A stretch of DNA of 64,000 nucleotides, taken from positions 30,628,001-30,692,000 of the forward strand of contig NC_135811.1 in the NCBI RefSeq assembly GCF_964213995.1, read 5' to 3'. The translations under genes were made by a program, and so were the position numbers. The notes under the pieces were generated by a model, which searched no databases, was not told the origin of the DNA, and was given only the letters and a program-made list of their open reading frames with translations. Within the stretch, counting starts at the first letter, position 1; each line of letters starts with the position of its first letter. Positions 41,073 to 52,336 of this stretch are shown piece by piece. The DNA is from Mustelus asterias (Eukaryota).

Positions 41073-41580
41073 GTAAGAAGTCTCATAACACCAGGTTAAA
41101 GTCCAACAGATTTATTTGGTAGCAAAAGCCACTAGCTTTCGGAGCGCTGCCCCTTCGTCAGGTAAGTGGGAGTTCTGTCCACAAACAGGGCATATAAAGA
41201 CACAAACTCAATTTACAAAATAATGGTTGGAATGCGAGTCTTTACAGGTAATCAAGTCTTAAAGATACAGACAATGTGAGTGGAGAGAGCGTTAAGCACA
41301 GGTTAAAGAGATGTGTATTGTCTCCAGACAGGACAGTTAATGAGATTTACCTTTAAGACTTGATTACCTGTAAAGACTCGCATTCCAACCATTATTTTGT
41401 AAATTGAGTTTGTGTCTTTATATGCCCCGTTTGTGAACAGAACTCCCACTTACCTGGCGAAGGAGCAGCGCTCCGAAAGCTAGTGGCTTTTGCTACTAAA
41501 TAAACCTGTTGGACTTTAACCTGGTGTTGAGAGACTTCTTACTGTGTTTACCCCAGTCCAACGCCGGCATCTCCACATCA
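41073..41580. mobile_element. Penelope-like element end with 192-bp inverted arms (41073-41264 / 41351-41542)
   Basis: Near-perfect inverted repeat plus tail TGTGTTTACCCCAGTCCAACGCCGGCATCTCCACATCA, shared with the copies at 27902 and 50248. Confidence 0.8.
41129..41165 (-). ncRNA. Minimal hammerhead ribozyme motif (Penelope-type)
   Basis: Minus strand UUAC-CUGACGA-A-GGGGC(AGC)GCUCC-GAAA-GCUA-GUGG: core, stem II, palindromic AGCU, stem I. Confidence 0.6.
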
Positions 41581-41778
41581 AAAAAAAATGCCAGGGGAAG
41601 TTGCTCAGGATGAAGATGATGAACAAACGTCCTACTTTTGTGCAAAGCACAAATGAATGAAGCATCCAATCAAAAGCATGTGAGTAGTCACACTATTTTA
41701 CCTAACCAGTTCTGAGTTCAACATAGTAACTCAATAGTTGGTGCTTAATTGTGTAAGCTATCCTGTCAAATCTATTAC

Positions 41779-41961
41779 CTGTGTGCATTCTTGTGTGCTC
41801 CATCAATCGTGCTATCCCTTTGCTAGCATAGTTACAGTACTGACACTTCAGTTTTCCATCAACCGTTCTTTCTGGTCCTTCTCCTATCATTCCAGCGCCA
41901 TCATCAAGAGAAACCTCAACAGAAGCATGGTGGATTCCATTTTGGTGATTTTCAGTCCCAG
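41779..41961 (-). CDS. IKZF5: IKZF5 paralogue A, ZF1 exon (183 bp, phase 1-1)
   Basis: CAG acceptor 41964-41962; AGTENHQNGIHHASVEVSLDD...KLKCQYCNYASKGIARLMEHTRMHT; donor G|GTAAT at 41778. Confidence 0.95.
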
Positions 41962-44622
41962 CTGCCAATAAAAGTAAAAGTATTGACTAAGACAACTTCA
42001 CAAATTTTAAAAAGTAGTTCAAAATATGATTACAAACAAGATAATACTAATAGACCGTAGCTTAAACAGGCATTCTTGTATAGTAGAGACATAAAAGTAC
42101 AAGACCGATAAACCAAGGTTACTACAGAGGTTTTTACAAAAATAAATGTTTGGAATTACAGAATGTAATTCTAGCCCATACTCAAATCCAAGTCCTGCAA
42201 GTCCCATCACATCCAGTTGTGAATGGTGTTGGACCATTGAACAACTAATGGCTGGGAGACTTGATGCCATCATTGAGGAAAGGGAAGGTGGAAATAGGCA
42301 ATCTTCGTGGTGGAACGGACATTATTGGAAACACACCTCAGGGTCAAATATAACACCAAGATTGTAAACAATCTAATTCAGCTTTAAACATTTGACAGAA
42401 AGATGGATTCAGTGGCAGGGAACAAAGTTTATGGAGCGATGATTTTGATCTTCCCAATACTCAGCTGGAGGAAATTTCTGCTCATGCAGTACTTTCAAGT
42501 TTTGAAAACTAATGAGACAAATTGACTAACATCACCCTAGAGGTTACCATTGACCAGAAACTGAATAGGACCAGCCATATAAAGACTGTGGTGACAAGAG
42601 CAGGTCAGAGGCTGAGAATTCTGAGGCAAGGAACTCTTCAGTTATTCCTGACTCCTTAAAGCCTGTCAGCATTCGACAAGGCGCAAGATAGGAGTGTGAT
42701 GAAATACTCTCTCCACTTGTTGGATTAGCGCATCTCCAACAATACCTAGGAAAAAGTAGCCCACTTTATTGGCACCCCATCCACCACTCATACCATTCAA
42801 TTCCTTCACCACCGACACGAAGTGCCAGCAGCATGTACTATCCATAAGATGCACTGCAGCAACTCACCACAGCTCCTTCCAAATCCGTGATCCCTACCAC
42901 AGGGAAGGACAGGGGCAGCAGCTGCATGGGAACACCACCACCTGCAATTTCCCCTCCAACTTGCACACCATCCTGATTTGGAGCTCTGTTACCATTCCTT
43001 CAATGTCACTGGATCAAAATCCTGAAATGCTCTTCTTAACAGCATTGTAGGTGTACACTGCAGTTCAAGGCGGCGGCTCACCACCAGCTTCTCAAGGGCA
43101 GTTAGGGATGGCCAATAAACGCTGGTCTAGACATGACGGCCACATCTCGTGAACTAATAAATAAATAAAATTGGACGTAGTGGACCAGTCAAGAGAGGTA
43201 CTGGTGAGAAAGAACTGTGTGTCAACAACTTACATGTGGAACTGAGGGGCGGCATGTATTTGAGAAATAGGAAAGGGTGTGGGGGCGTGCAGGGCAAGTG
43301 GCAGCCCTTTGGGATCCCTCGAGTTAACAGTGCAGGAGCAGGAAGTGAACAGATAATTTTCTGAATATGACTGGCTAGTTAAACTAAGAAACCAGGTGAG
43401 TATAGTCCTAACAAATTAGATAAGAGAAGAGACATTACAGGGGGGATAGTATGATCAACCATGTCAGAGGCTGAGAAGTAGGAAGAGGGATAATTTACTA
43501 TGATCACAGTCACATAGGTTGAAAGTTTTGACTTTGACGGCTAGGGCAGAAACGTGATTCTAGCGTGAAGTTCCAGGGCAGAATTTGGGAGGCAACAGCA
43601 CTTTTAAGGATCTGAAAGAAAATAAGGTTGGAGAAGAGGAGCTACTTTCATTAAACATTCAAGAAGTAAAAGTATGTAATGTTATCTTCCTCAGTTTCCT
43701 TCTACTACAATGTGTTTAGTGTTTTTGATTTGTTTTAATTATACAATACCCAATACCTCAGCGGGTATAGGCACCAAATGATTTTGGATCAGATAGGTCT
43801 CAGGTTCACTCAATCAATGGTCTGTTCTGGTAGTGGAACGCAATGACTGGATCAGGTTGACTATTTCTGGTCGCTATTCAGTAATCCCCAAGTCTGCACA
43901 TGGATATTACACAAGGATAACTTTGAATTTGGCTGCAGTTAAACAGCAAAGCTCATGTTCAACATAAAAAAATAGTCATTAAGTGCTGAAAGGGTGATAG
44001 AACTCACAGAACTAACTATAAGACATTAATTCCAGGAGCAAGAGAAAGTTGAAAAGATAAATGTACAAATTCAATACATTTTCATATTATACAACACCTG
44101 TTAAAATGTACTTCACAGAAATACAAGGTCAACTGCATTTCAAAACCTCGATTTCTTCACAGAAAGTAGGCTTTTGCATGCAGATATATTGACCACGCAC
44201 AAACCACTTGATTGTTAATTTACGAGACATTTAAATTGATAAAAAGCTAATCCTTCCAAATAGGAAGGAACTCAAGAACAAACTAAGATGGGATCAATAA
44301 TACATTGACACAGTAAAATACAGCCAATCGGGCATGATAAAATCACGCAAGTTAAAAATACTGACTTCTTTTGTCATAAAACTCTATTATATGAAGCCTT
44401 TTCTTTTAAAACTGAGTTTTTCAAAGATTAATTCCAAGAATTATTAAATTTATGAAAAATTTGCATCTTAATGTCTTCTACACACTGCACCTCAGCTAAA
44501 TGAGAAAGTGTAAATACACAGGTGTTTTTAAGTCCTTGTTCACTATACCATCATGCATAAAAATTCTTGGGTGTTTGTTACAAGTCCAAAGTAACCAAAT
44601 CAAAAGTTTCCTTAGTTTAGGG

Positions 44623-45092
44623 CAGTGGTTCCCAACATCTTTTATATATTATGGCACACCACTATACTATAAAAATATTTTGAGGCATATCTATTTTTCC
44701 TGTTTTCTTCCTGTACTGGGAACTTTGTTTTTAAACTTCTCCCTGTCCGCTCACCTGTTTTTTTTTAACCTTTCCCTGTCTCTCACTTCTCCCAGGGATT
44801 TTGCAGTCTTTGAGTTTTCGCTTTTTGTGCAGGTGCATGGGACTTCTGTCTTCAGCTTATGCGTAGTTTAAAAAATCTAAACCACGCATGTACAGCTCTT
44901 TCCCAGTTGGCGCATGTGCAGGAGCCCCAAGATTCGTCCAGTCTTGGAGATGCCAACCACTGAGCTGAAGATGAAGGTTAGTTTTAGTTTAATCACATGA
45001 ATTTTGAAACATTTTGAATCTATTCTCATGGCACACTTGGGGAGTCTTTATGGGACACCAGTGTGCTGTGGTCCACTGGTTGGGAACCGATG
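44623..45092. mobile_element. hAT/Charlie-like MITE
   Basis: TIR CAGTGGTTCCCAAC / GTTGGGAACCGATG; perfect 8-bp TSD GTTTAGGG. Confidence 0.88.
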
Positions 45093-45343
45093 GTTTAGGG
45101 AAACATTTGAACCCTTAAATTTTGCGTCACTGTTGGTATATACTTAAGAATCATATTCTCTCCGTGAAAGTTTTTGTAATCTTCAAGCAGAGACTTGATA
45201 TACTTCAACCCAATATTTTATATAAACATTATCTTGACTATAGATGGTAGAGGTGGTACAATTCTTTTAACAATTAAATTCACATCCAAGCTTAAGTTTG
45301 CGCAAGCACATGTTTAACTACAATTAGCATTTTCTTTCCTTAC

Positions 45344-45476
45344 CAGGCTGAAGTAATTCTGGTTCCTTTTCATTACATACTGAGCCGGAAATCATATTTA
45401 CATGCTGTGTTTGCTGAGTGAGATACTCTTGAAAATCCTTGACAAAGTCTACAGAATCATTTCTCTTTTCTCGCAT
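45344..45476 (-). CDS. IKZF5: IKZF5 paralogue A, first coding exon (CDS part; exon probably 45344-45508)
   Basis: MREKRNDSVDFVKDFQEYLTQQTQHVNMISGSVCNEKEPELLQP; donor G|GTAAG. The three exons sum to 133+183+926=1242 nt, i.e. 413 aa plus stop. Confidence 0.96.
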
Positions 45477-45627
45477 ATTCTTACTCTTGATTGAAGCTTC
45501 TTTAATTCCTTAAGAAAAAAGGTTTCAATATCAAATATTTCATATCCACCATGTTATTGGACAATATTATTCAGTATGCACTTGCATTATTCAGATCTGA
45601 AAATACTTTCAAGAATGCTGTTTTATG

Positions 45628-45893
45628 CAGCACAGTGGTTAGCACTGTTGCCTCACAGCGCCAGAGACCCGTGTTAGATTCCTGGCTTGGGTCACTGTAT
45701 GTGTGGAGTTTGCACTTTCTCCCGTGTCTGTGTGGGTTTTCTCCGGGTGCTCCGGTTTCCTCTGACATTCTGAAAGACGTGCTGGTTAGGTGCATTGACC
45801 CGAACAGGCGCCAGACTGTGGCGACTAGGGGAATTTCACAGTAACTTCATTGCAGTGTTAATGTAAGGCTTACTTTGACTAATAAATAAACTT
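45628..45893 (+). mobile_element. V-SINE with alternative tail
   Basis: Same family as 22270. Confidence 0.85.
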
Positions 45894-46094
45894 TTATTTT
45901 AAATCAGAAGTCAAGAGTAAATTTCTCCATTCATTCGATCCATTTTCTAGTTCCACATATAGCATATTTCTTTCCCCCTCCCCAGGATTGGGTCAAATTC
46001 TGAAAATATACAATATTGAGCTCCAAATTATAGCTCATATTGTATTTGCAGTTATGTTACATTATTGATTTACATTAAACAAAGAATGATGGAA

Positions 46095-47310
46095 ATACAA
46101 ACATAGGAGCAGGTCATTCAGCCCTTCAAGACTGCTCCATCATTCAATCACTGCTCAGCCAGCCGCTCAATACACCCCCCCAACCCCACCCCATCACTGG
46201 TATCTAGAAATCTGTTAATCTCTAATTTTAACATACTCAGTGACTGAGCTTTCACAGCTGTTTGGGTGAGAGAATTCAAAAGATTCACAACCCTCGAGTA
46301 AAAAAAATGTCTCCTTATACAGTCCCAAGTGGCTTCCCCCTGATTTTGACTCCCCAACCAGGGGAAACATTTTGCCTGCATTTACGCTGAGGAAAGTCTA
46401 ACCCTTTTAATCATTTTGTAGGTTTAATGAGATCACCTCTCATTCGTTGCAACTCTAGGGGACACAGGCCCAGTTTCCCCACTCTCTCTTCATAGGACAG
46501 TCCCACCATCCCAGGAACAAGACTGGTGAACCTTTCTTGCATTCCCTTTATGGCAATAATATCCTTCCTAAGGCAAGGATACCAAAACTACATACACTAT
46601 TCCAGATGTTGTTTAACCAAGGTTCTACACTACTGAAGCAGGATTTCACTACTCCGGTGCTCAAATCATTGTGCAATGAAGGCTAGCATTCCATTAGCTT
46701 TCCTAATTGCTTGCTACACTTGCATGTTAACTTTCAATGATTTATTGATGAGGATACCCTTTGTACACCTATACTTTCTAATCTCTCAGCATTTAAGAAG
46801 TACCCTGCACATCTGTTCCTCCTACAAAAGTGGATAACCTCACATTTTTCCACATTATATTCCAACTGCCATGTTCTTGCTCACTCACCGAGTCTGCTCA
46901 AATCTCCTTGAAGCCCCTTTAAATCTTCCTCACAATTCACATTCCCACCTAACTTTGTGGCATTTGCAAACTTGGAGATTGTACATTTGGACCCCACATC
47001 CAAATCACTGATCTGCTAGGGCCCCTCGTACTCATCCTTGCAGCACCCCACTAGTCACAGCCTTCTTAACGGGAATGATCTGTTTATTCCTACTCTCTTT
47101 TCCACCTATTAATCAATTCTTAATCCATGCTGATATATTACCTCCTATCTCATGTGCTTTAACTTTACGAACCAACCTCTTGCGGAGTCTTTATCAAAAG
47201 CTTTCTGAAAATTCAAGATTGTTACGTTCACCGACTCCCCTTTATCAATTCTGTTAGTAACATCCTCTAAAAAACTCCCAACAGGTTCAATATGATTTCC
47301 CATTCATGGA
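46095..47310 (-). mobile_element. Decayed CR1 LINE 3' part, followed by a partial SINE (47310-47515)
   Basis: RVVNLLNSL motif and RT remnants. Confidence 0.75.
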
Positions 47311-50247
47311 TTTCCTCCGGGTGCTCCGGTTTCCTCCCACAATCCAAAGATGTGCAGGTTAGCTAGATTGGCCATGTTAAATTGCTCCTTAGTGTCAGGG
47401 ATATCAGCAGGGTAAATACATGTGGTTATAGGGATAGAGCCGGGGTGGAATTATTGTCAGTGCAGGCTCAATGGGTTCCTTCTGCACTGTAGGGATTCTA
47501 TTCCATGATTCTATTATTAGCAATGCAATGCATTTAAGTGTAAGGAAAGGCAGGAGTGAACTCTATCAATGCTTTAAGACATTCTGGTGCAATCTCATCA
47601 AGGGAACACTGGTGCTGTACAAATACTCAATAATTGTGGCTTAGGACATGTTCTGGTCTATATCGCCACACAGAGCAAACCTGCTGGAATGGTACCAAAC
47701 TGAAGTGAAATGTTTGCAGAGAGAAAAAAAACGGGAATTGAAGTTTGTAAGAAAATTATTTTGGGAGCAAAAAAGTTAGTTGTGCTAAAACAGTTCACCA
47801 TAAAAATGTAGAATGTTAGGTTGACAGAAGAAAAGCACTGTCTCAAGTATAACAAACTTTTGCCATTATATTTCACAATGATTAATATTCATAGGGGTCA
47901 ATGGAAACTTCAAACTGACGGGAAGGTTGAGTGACATTTAGAACTGACAGTAACCTCAAATAATATCAACCAACAGGAAGTGGGAAACCAATATTGGTCA
48001 CGGAGGAAATATATAAAGAAAAATTTAAGGTAAGAACTCTACATGCTTGCAAACCAGACAGAAACCATGAAGTGTGTCACTGTTATAATGTATACACTGA
48101 TTAGCATTCATTGTTGCTACTGCAGGCAAGAACAGTCGGGTGATAACTGCTTCAGCTATTCCATGTTCCCAGCTCACCTCAGATCTTCATATCGGAAAAT
48201 CAAGGCTTATTTTGTGAGTATGAAAACGAAATGCATCTTGTGCAGTTGTGGAGAATGATTTTTTATGACAATCAATGATTCAAAGTTTATATAAAATGTC
48301 TCAATACTCTAATTCAATTAAAGCCTTTGTCAAAACTAATTTAACTGACGTCGAACTGCTTTAATACAATTATTATTGTAACTTCTTGAATTTTCATCTT
48401 CAAATCTAATTCAAACTATTTTAATTCCTAAAATACTGTTTGCAGTGCATTCATATGAAAACAAACTAAAGAGCTCTAATTATTCCTTGTCAGACTCGTC
48501 AGTGACAGCATTGACTCTGCTGCACTTCATAAATCGTAACATACCAGACCTGTAATCATATACATGAGCAAACCTTTTAGATCTAGCAATGATCACAAAA
48601 ATATCTGCTTCAAGTTATTAGAGAGCCAGATCTATGATTTCATTTTTAAAGTTAAAATCTCCCCATACACGACATGTACTTCTACAAAAATAAAAGTAAA
48701 TCTCCATAAATTTAAACCCTTTTTCTCAATAAGCATCTCCATCCTCTATAGTCATCTCTGAAACACCCCCAGGTTTCTTCTTTAGTACCCTCGTTGACCA
48801 CATCTACATATATGGTCAGTTTCTACATTTAAGTTGACCACTGTGCAGGCCATCACTAGCTTCGACTCCATACCCATCTCTGTTGCCAAATTATTTGTCC
48901 AATGTTTTAAAGAGCCAGAATTCTCCCAAGTGGAACACTGAGAATAACAAAATTGGTAAACAGCTCATGCTTGAAGCTCCATTGCTTTGCTATCCATCCC
49001 AACTTGTTACCTGATAAAGCATAAGACTGTCTTGTTATTACTCTGGACTCATCTTCAAATTCCATATGTATTCAACACCATAATAATGTTTCCAAATCAT
49101 CCACATTTGCCTTTATCCGAATCCTAAAGTTGCTGAAATTCTGATGTTTTCATTCCCTCAATTTTAACTTTTCCAAAGTCCTCCTCTTCAGCCATTGCAA
49201 GCTCCATCTTTCCTGCCGATTGCTTGCTCCATCTCCCAGTGAAAATAGTTTGTCTATAAGTCCTAGCCTTACTCCTTTAGCCTCTTCAGCTTTAAGTCCA
49301 AGCCTGCAGCCTTTCACTCTTTTGAATGAATAAAAACTCCAGTGTATCTTCCCTCCATGTTGGTGGCAGTCTTCCTCAGTACTGTCCTATTGTTTGGAAT
49401 TTCCTCTTTAAGCTAATCTATTTGCTACTTCTACCCATCTTTAGGAGCATCCACACAACAGCCTATGACAGGGATTGGAACATTTACTATTTTACAGTTA
49501 CATTTAACAGTATTACATCACTGAATCCCACACCAACAATATCCTAGGGATCATCACTGACCAGAAACTTAACTGCACTAGTCACATAGATACTATGATG
49601 GCAAGAGCACATCAGTCTTTGGAAATTCTGCAACAAGTATCTCACCTCTTGACTTCCCAAAGCTTTTCCACCACTGACAAGGCACAATTCAGAAATGTGA
49701 TCGAACGCTTGCCTGGGTGAGTTCAGCTCAAAAGGACAAAGCAACCTCCTTGATAGGCATCACCTCAATCATTCATTCTCTTCATCATGGTTGCAATGTG
49801 TACCACCTACAAAGATGCACTGCAGCAACTCACCAATACAGCATCTACCAAACTTCTCTCAGAGGGTAGTGAATCTCTGGAATTCTCTTCCCATTGAAGC
49901 AGTGGAGGCTACCTCGTTAAATATGTTTAAGTCGCAGGTAGATAGATTTCTGATCAATAAGGGAATTAAGGGTTATGGGGAGCGGGCAAATAAGTGGAAC
50001 TAAACCACTATCAGATCAGCCATGATCTTATTGAATGGTGGGGCAGGCTCGAGGGGCTAGATGGCCTACTCCTGCTCCTATTTCTTATGTTCTTATGTAA
50101 ACCCGCAACCTCTACCAAACAGAAAAGACAGCAGCCAGACGCAAACACCATCACCTGCAGGTTCCTTTCCAGGACACACCATCCTGATTTGGATCGCAAT
50201 AGTCATGGAACTCACTTCCAAACAGTAATATGGGTGTACCTATGCCA

Positions 50248-50524
50248 GTAAGAGTTTTAACAACACCAGGTTAAAGTCCAACAGGTTTATTTGGTAGCAA
50301 ATGCCATTAGCTTTCGGAGCGCTGCTCCTTCGTCAGATGGAGTGGATATTTGCTCTCAAACAGGGCATACAGAGACACAAAATCAAGTTACAGAATACTG
50401 ATTAGAATGCGAATCTCTACAACCAACCTGGTCTTAAAGATACAGACAATGTTGGACTTTAACCTGGTGTTGTTAAAACTCTTACTGTGTTTACCCCAGT
50501 CCAATGCCGGCATCTCCACATCAT
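50248..50524. mobile_element. Penelope-like element end with short inverted arms
   Basis: Same family as 41073; flanked by an imperfect duplication TGTACCTATGCCA / TGTACCTACACCA. Confidence 0.78.
50304..50340 (-). ncRNA. Minimal hammerhead ribozyme motif (Penelope-type)
   Basis: Minus strand CCAU-CUGACGA-A-GGAGC(AGC)GCUCC-GAAA-GCUA-AUGG, with perfect stem I and stem II. Confidence 0.65.
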
Positions 50525-50822
50525 GTACCTACACCACACAGACTGTAACACTTCAAGAAGACAGTTCAACACCAACCTCTCAAGGACATATAGGAATGGG
50601 AAATAAATGCTGGTAATACAATTTTGTTAATGAATAAAAAATGCAAGCCACTGTAGTCAGTAGAACTATTGTGTACTTACATTTTTTATACATTAGCCCT
50701 TTTGTTTTCTTTTGCATCATTGGGATAGTTTTTAAACACAAGAGCTTTCACAGGCCCCACCAAAAGGCACTTCTTTGTCCCCTTCACAGACCTCTATGTG
50801 GAATGGCTGTATGCACACAGGC

Positions 50823-50895
50823 AGTCACATATGCTTTGTGACTTTTGAAGTCACATATGCTTTGTGACTTTTGAAGTCACATTGCTTTGTGACTT
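50823..50895. repeat. 26-bp palindromic tandem repeat, ~2.8 copies
   Basis: AGTCACATATGCTTTGTGACTTTTGA repeated; each unit contains AGTCACA...TGTGACT. Confidence 0.9.
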
Positions 50896-51179
50896 AAAAA
50901 AAATAACGGAGATGTTTATTTACGTTAGGCGGCTCTTATAGATTTTGGCGGCGGGGAGGTGGAATGTTAAGTTTTGTACGGGACACGTGTGTTAACCAGA
51001 GTAACTGCTTGCCTTCTCATTGGGGGAAAAACATAGTGGCTTGCACCAGTCCACTCCTCTGAAATCAAAATGAAACACCATCCTCGACATAAAATAAAAA
51101 ACGTCTTTTTTTTTGTTTACGCGTTTAAAATTGGATGAGCTAAAATACCAGAATTAATTACGTAAAGGAAGAATGATCC

Positions 51180-52300
51180 TCCCGCCTGCCCAGCCAGCCA
51201 GCCCTCCTGTAAGGCCGGGGGCTCCAGTTTACAAATGGCTGTTGTGGTGACTCCAACAACCTGGCTCCGACAAAGAGCCCGCCCCCTTCCCCCGCGCCCA
51301 TTGGTTCAAATCAGCGGAACGTCAGAGCCGCGCAGCCTGCGATTGGTCAGTCGGACTGTCACTCACAGAGCGGGCGGCTCAGAGTTAACATTGAGAAACG
51401 GGCCGCGTTATTTTAAATATCGACAGACACAACATTCCCCCCCCCCTCCAAAAATTACACACTAAACAGGTACAAGATAAATGGCTTGGGGGGGGGGTGG
51501 TTAAAATCGTCAGTCTCTTCTCCACCCCTCCCCCAATGTTTCTCACAAGTTGTGTTGTCGGCCGACGACAGAGGCGGCTCGAGCGCTTTCGGTTATTTTT
51601 CAAATGGCCCATCCGGGAGTTGGATTGTTGGGGGGAGGGGAATCAGGCCCGGGGAGAGCAGAGTCTCCCCCCTCCATCCATACCTTCAGCTTAATTCCAT
51701 TCACTCGACAGCGGCTTCCAAACAGCACAACATAGCGGGGCTCCCGCTGAGGGAGAAAGACGGGCTTGTAGACAGGAGGCGAGATGGGCGAAGGAGGAGA
51801 GGGCCACCCCCACTTTGCTTTTTTTTTGGATGGGTGTCCGAGGGAGGAAGCTTTTCGCTTTTTAAAAGATTTTCTCCGGCCGATTTCCCTTTAACCACAA
51901 ATCCCCTCCGAAGACGAAGGGAACAAAAGGCCGGCGTCGATGTCACAGTTGAGATGGGACACACATCCGCGGGTATCCAGCTGGAAGTGACATCAGCGGG
52001 CGGGGCTGCACCATGCCTATCACCGGAGCTTAGGCCTGTTAGCGGGGCAAAGCCAGGAGGCAGTCCTACAGTAGGCTGCTGCTGTTGTTGCTCCTCCTCC
52101 ACTGCAACCTTGTGGGACTAATTTCCCCCGTACTCGTAAAATACACGGTATTTTCTTTTAAGCAAAATGGAAATAGCGTCAGTTTTTTGTTTTTCCGGGT
52201 CAAAATCAATATAGTGGTGATGTTACGTGTGAAATCTCGCCACTCCCTTTAAACAGCAGTTGCATACTAATTTGTCCAAGATACTCTAGCGTCTGTTACA
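51180..52300. promoter_or_regulatory. CpG island, probable bidirectional promoter (IKZF5-A minus, neighbour plus), including candidate non-coding exon ending at 51684
   Basis: CpG-rich. GC box (~51278), two CCAAT boxes (ATTGG at 51300 and 51342), ETS/CRE-like GGAAGTGACATCA at 51983, minus-strand donor AAG|GTATGG at 51683. Confidence 0.75.
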
Positions 52301-52309
52301 AAGGACGAA

Positions 52310-52336
52310 ATGGCGATTTGGTCATTGCTTTCCAGG
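52310..52336 (+). CDS. Candidate first coding exon of the divergent neighbour gene (probably ACADSB): MAIWSLLSR
   Basis: Strong Kozak context GAAATGG and consensus donor AGG|GTGAGT (phase 0) at the edge of the CpG island. ACADSB is head-to-head with IKZF5 in mammals. Identity is inferred from synteny; no later exon was recognised. Confidence 0.5.

Noticed and set aside
41450-41486. Third active hammerhead
   Set aside because: The core is mutated (CUGGCGA, A6>G).
48170-48560. Additional 5'UTR exon of copy A (donor-like site at 48177, acceptor-like site near 48550; similar site near 22083 in copy B)
   Set aside because: Isolated splice-like motifs without convincing paralogue alignment; needs transcript data.
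50823-50895. CRISPR-like palindromic repeats
   Set aside because: No unique spacers, no cas genes, vertebrate context.
51486-52121. 211-aa and 133-aa ORFs in the CpG island
   Set aside because: GC-rich, stop-poor sequence with no recognisable domain.
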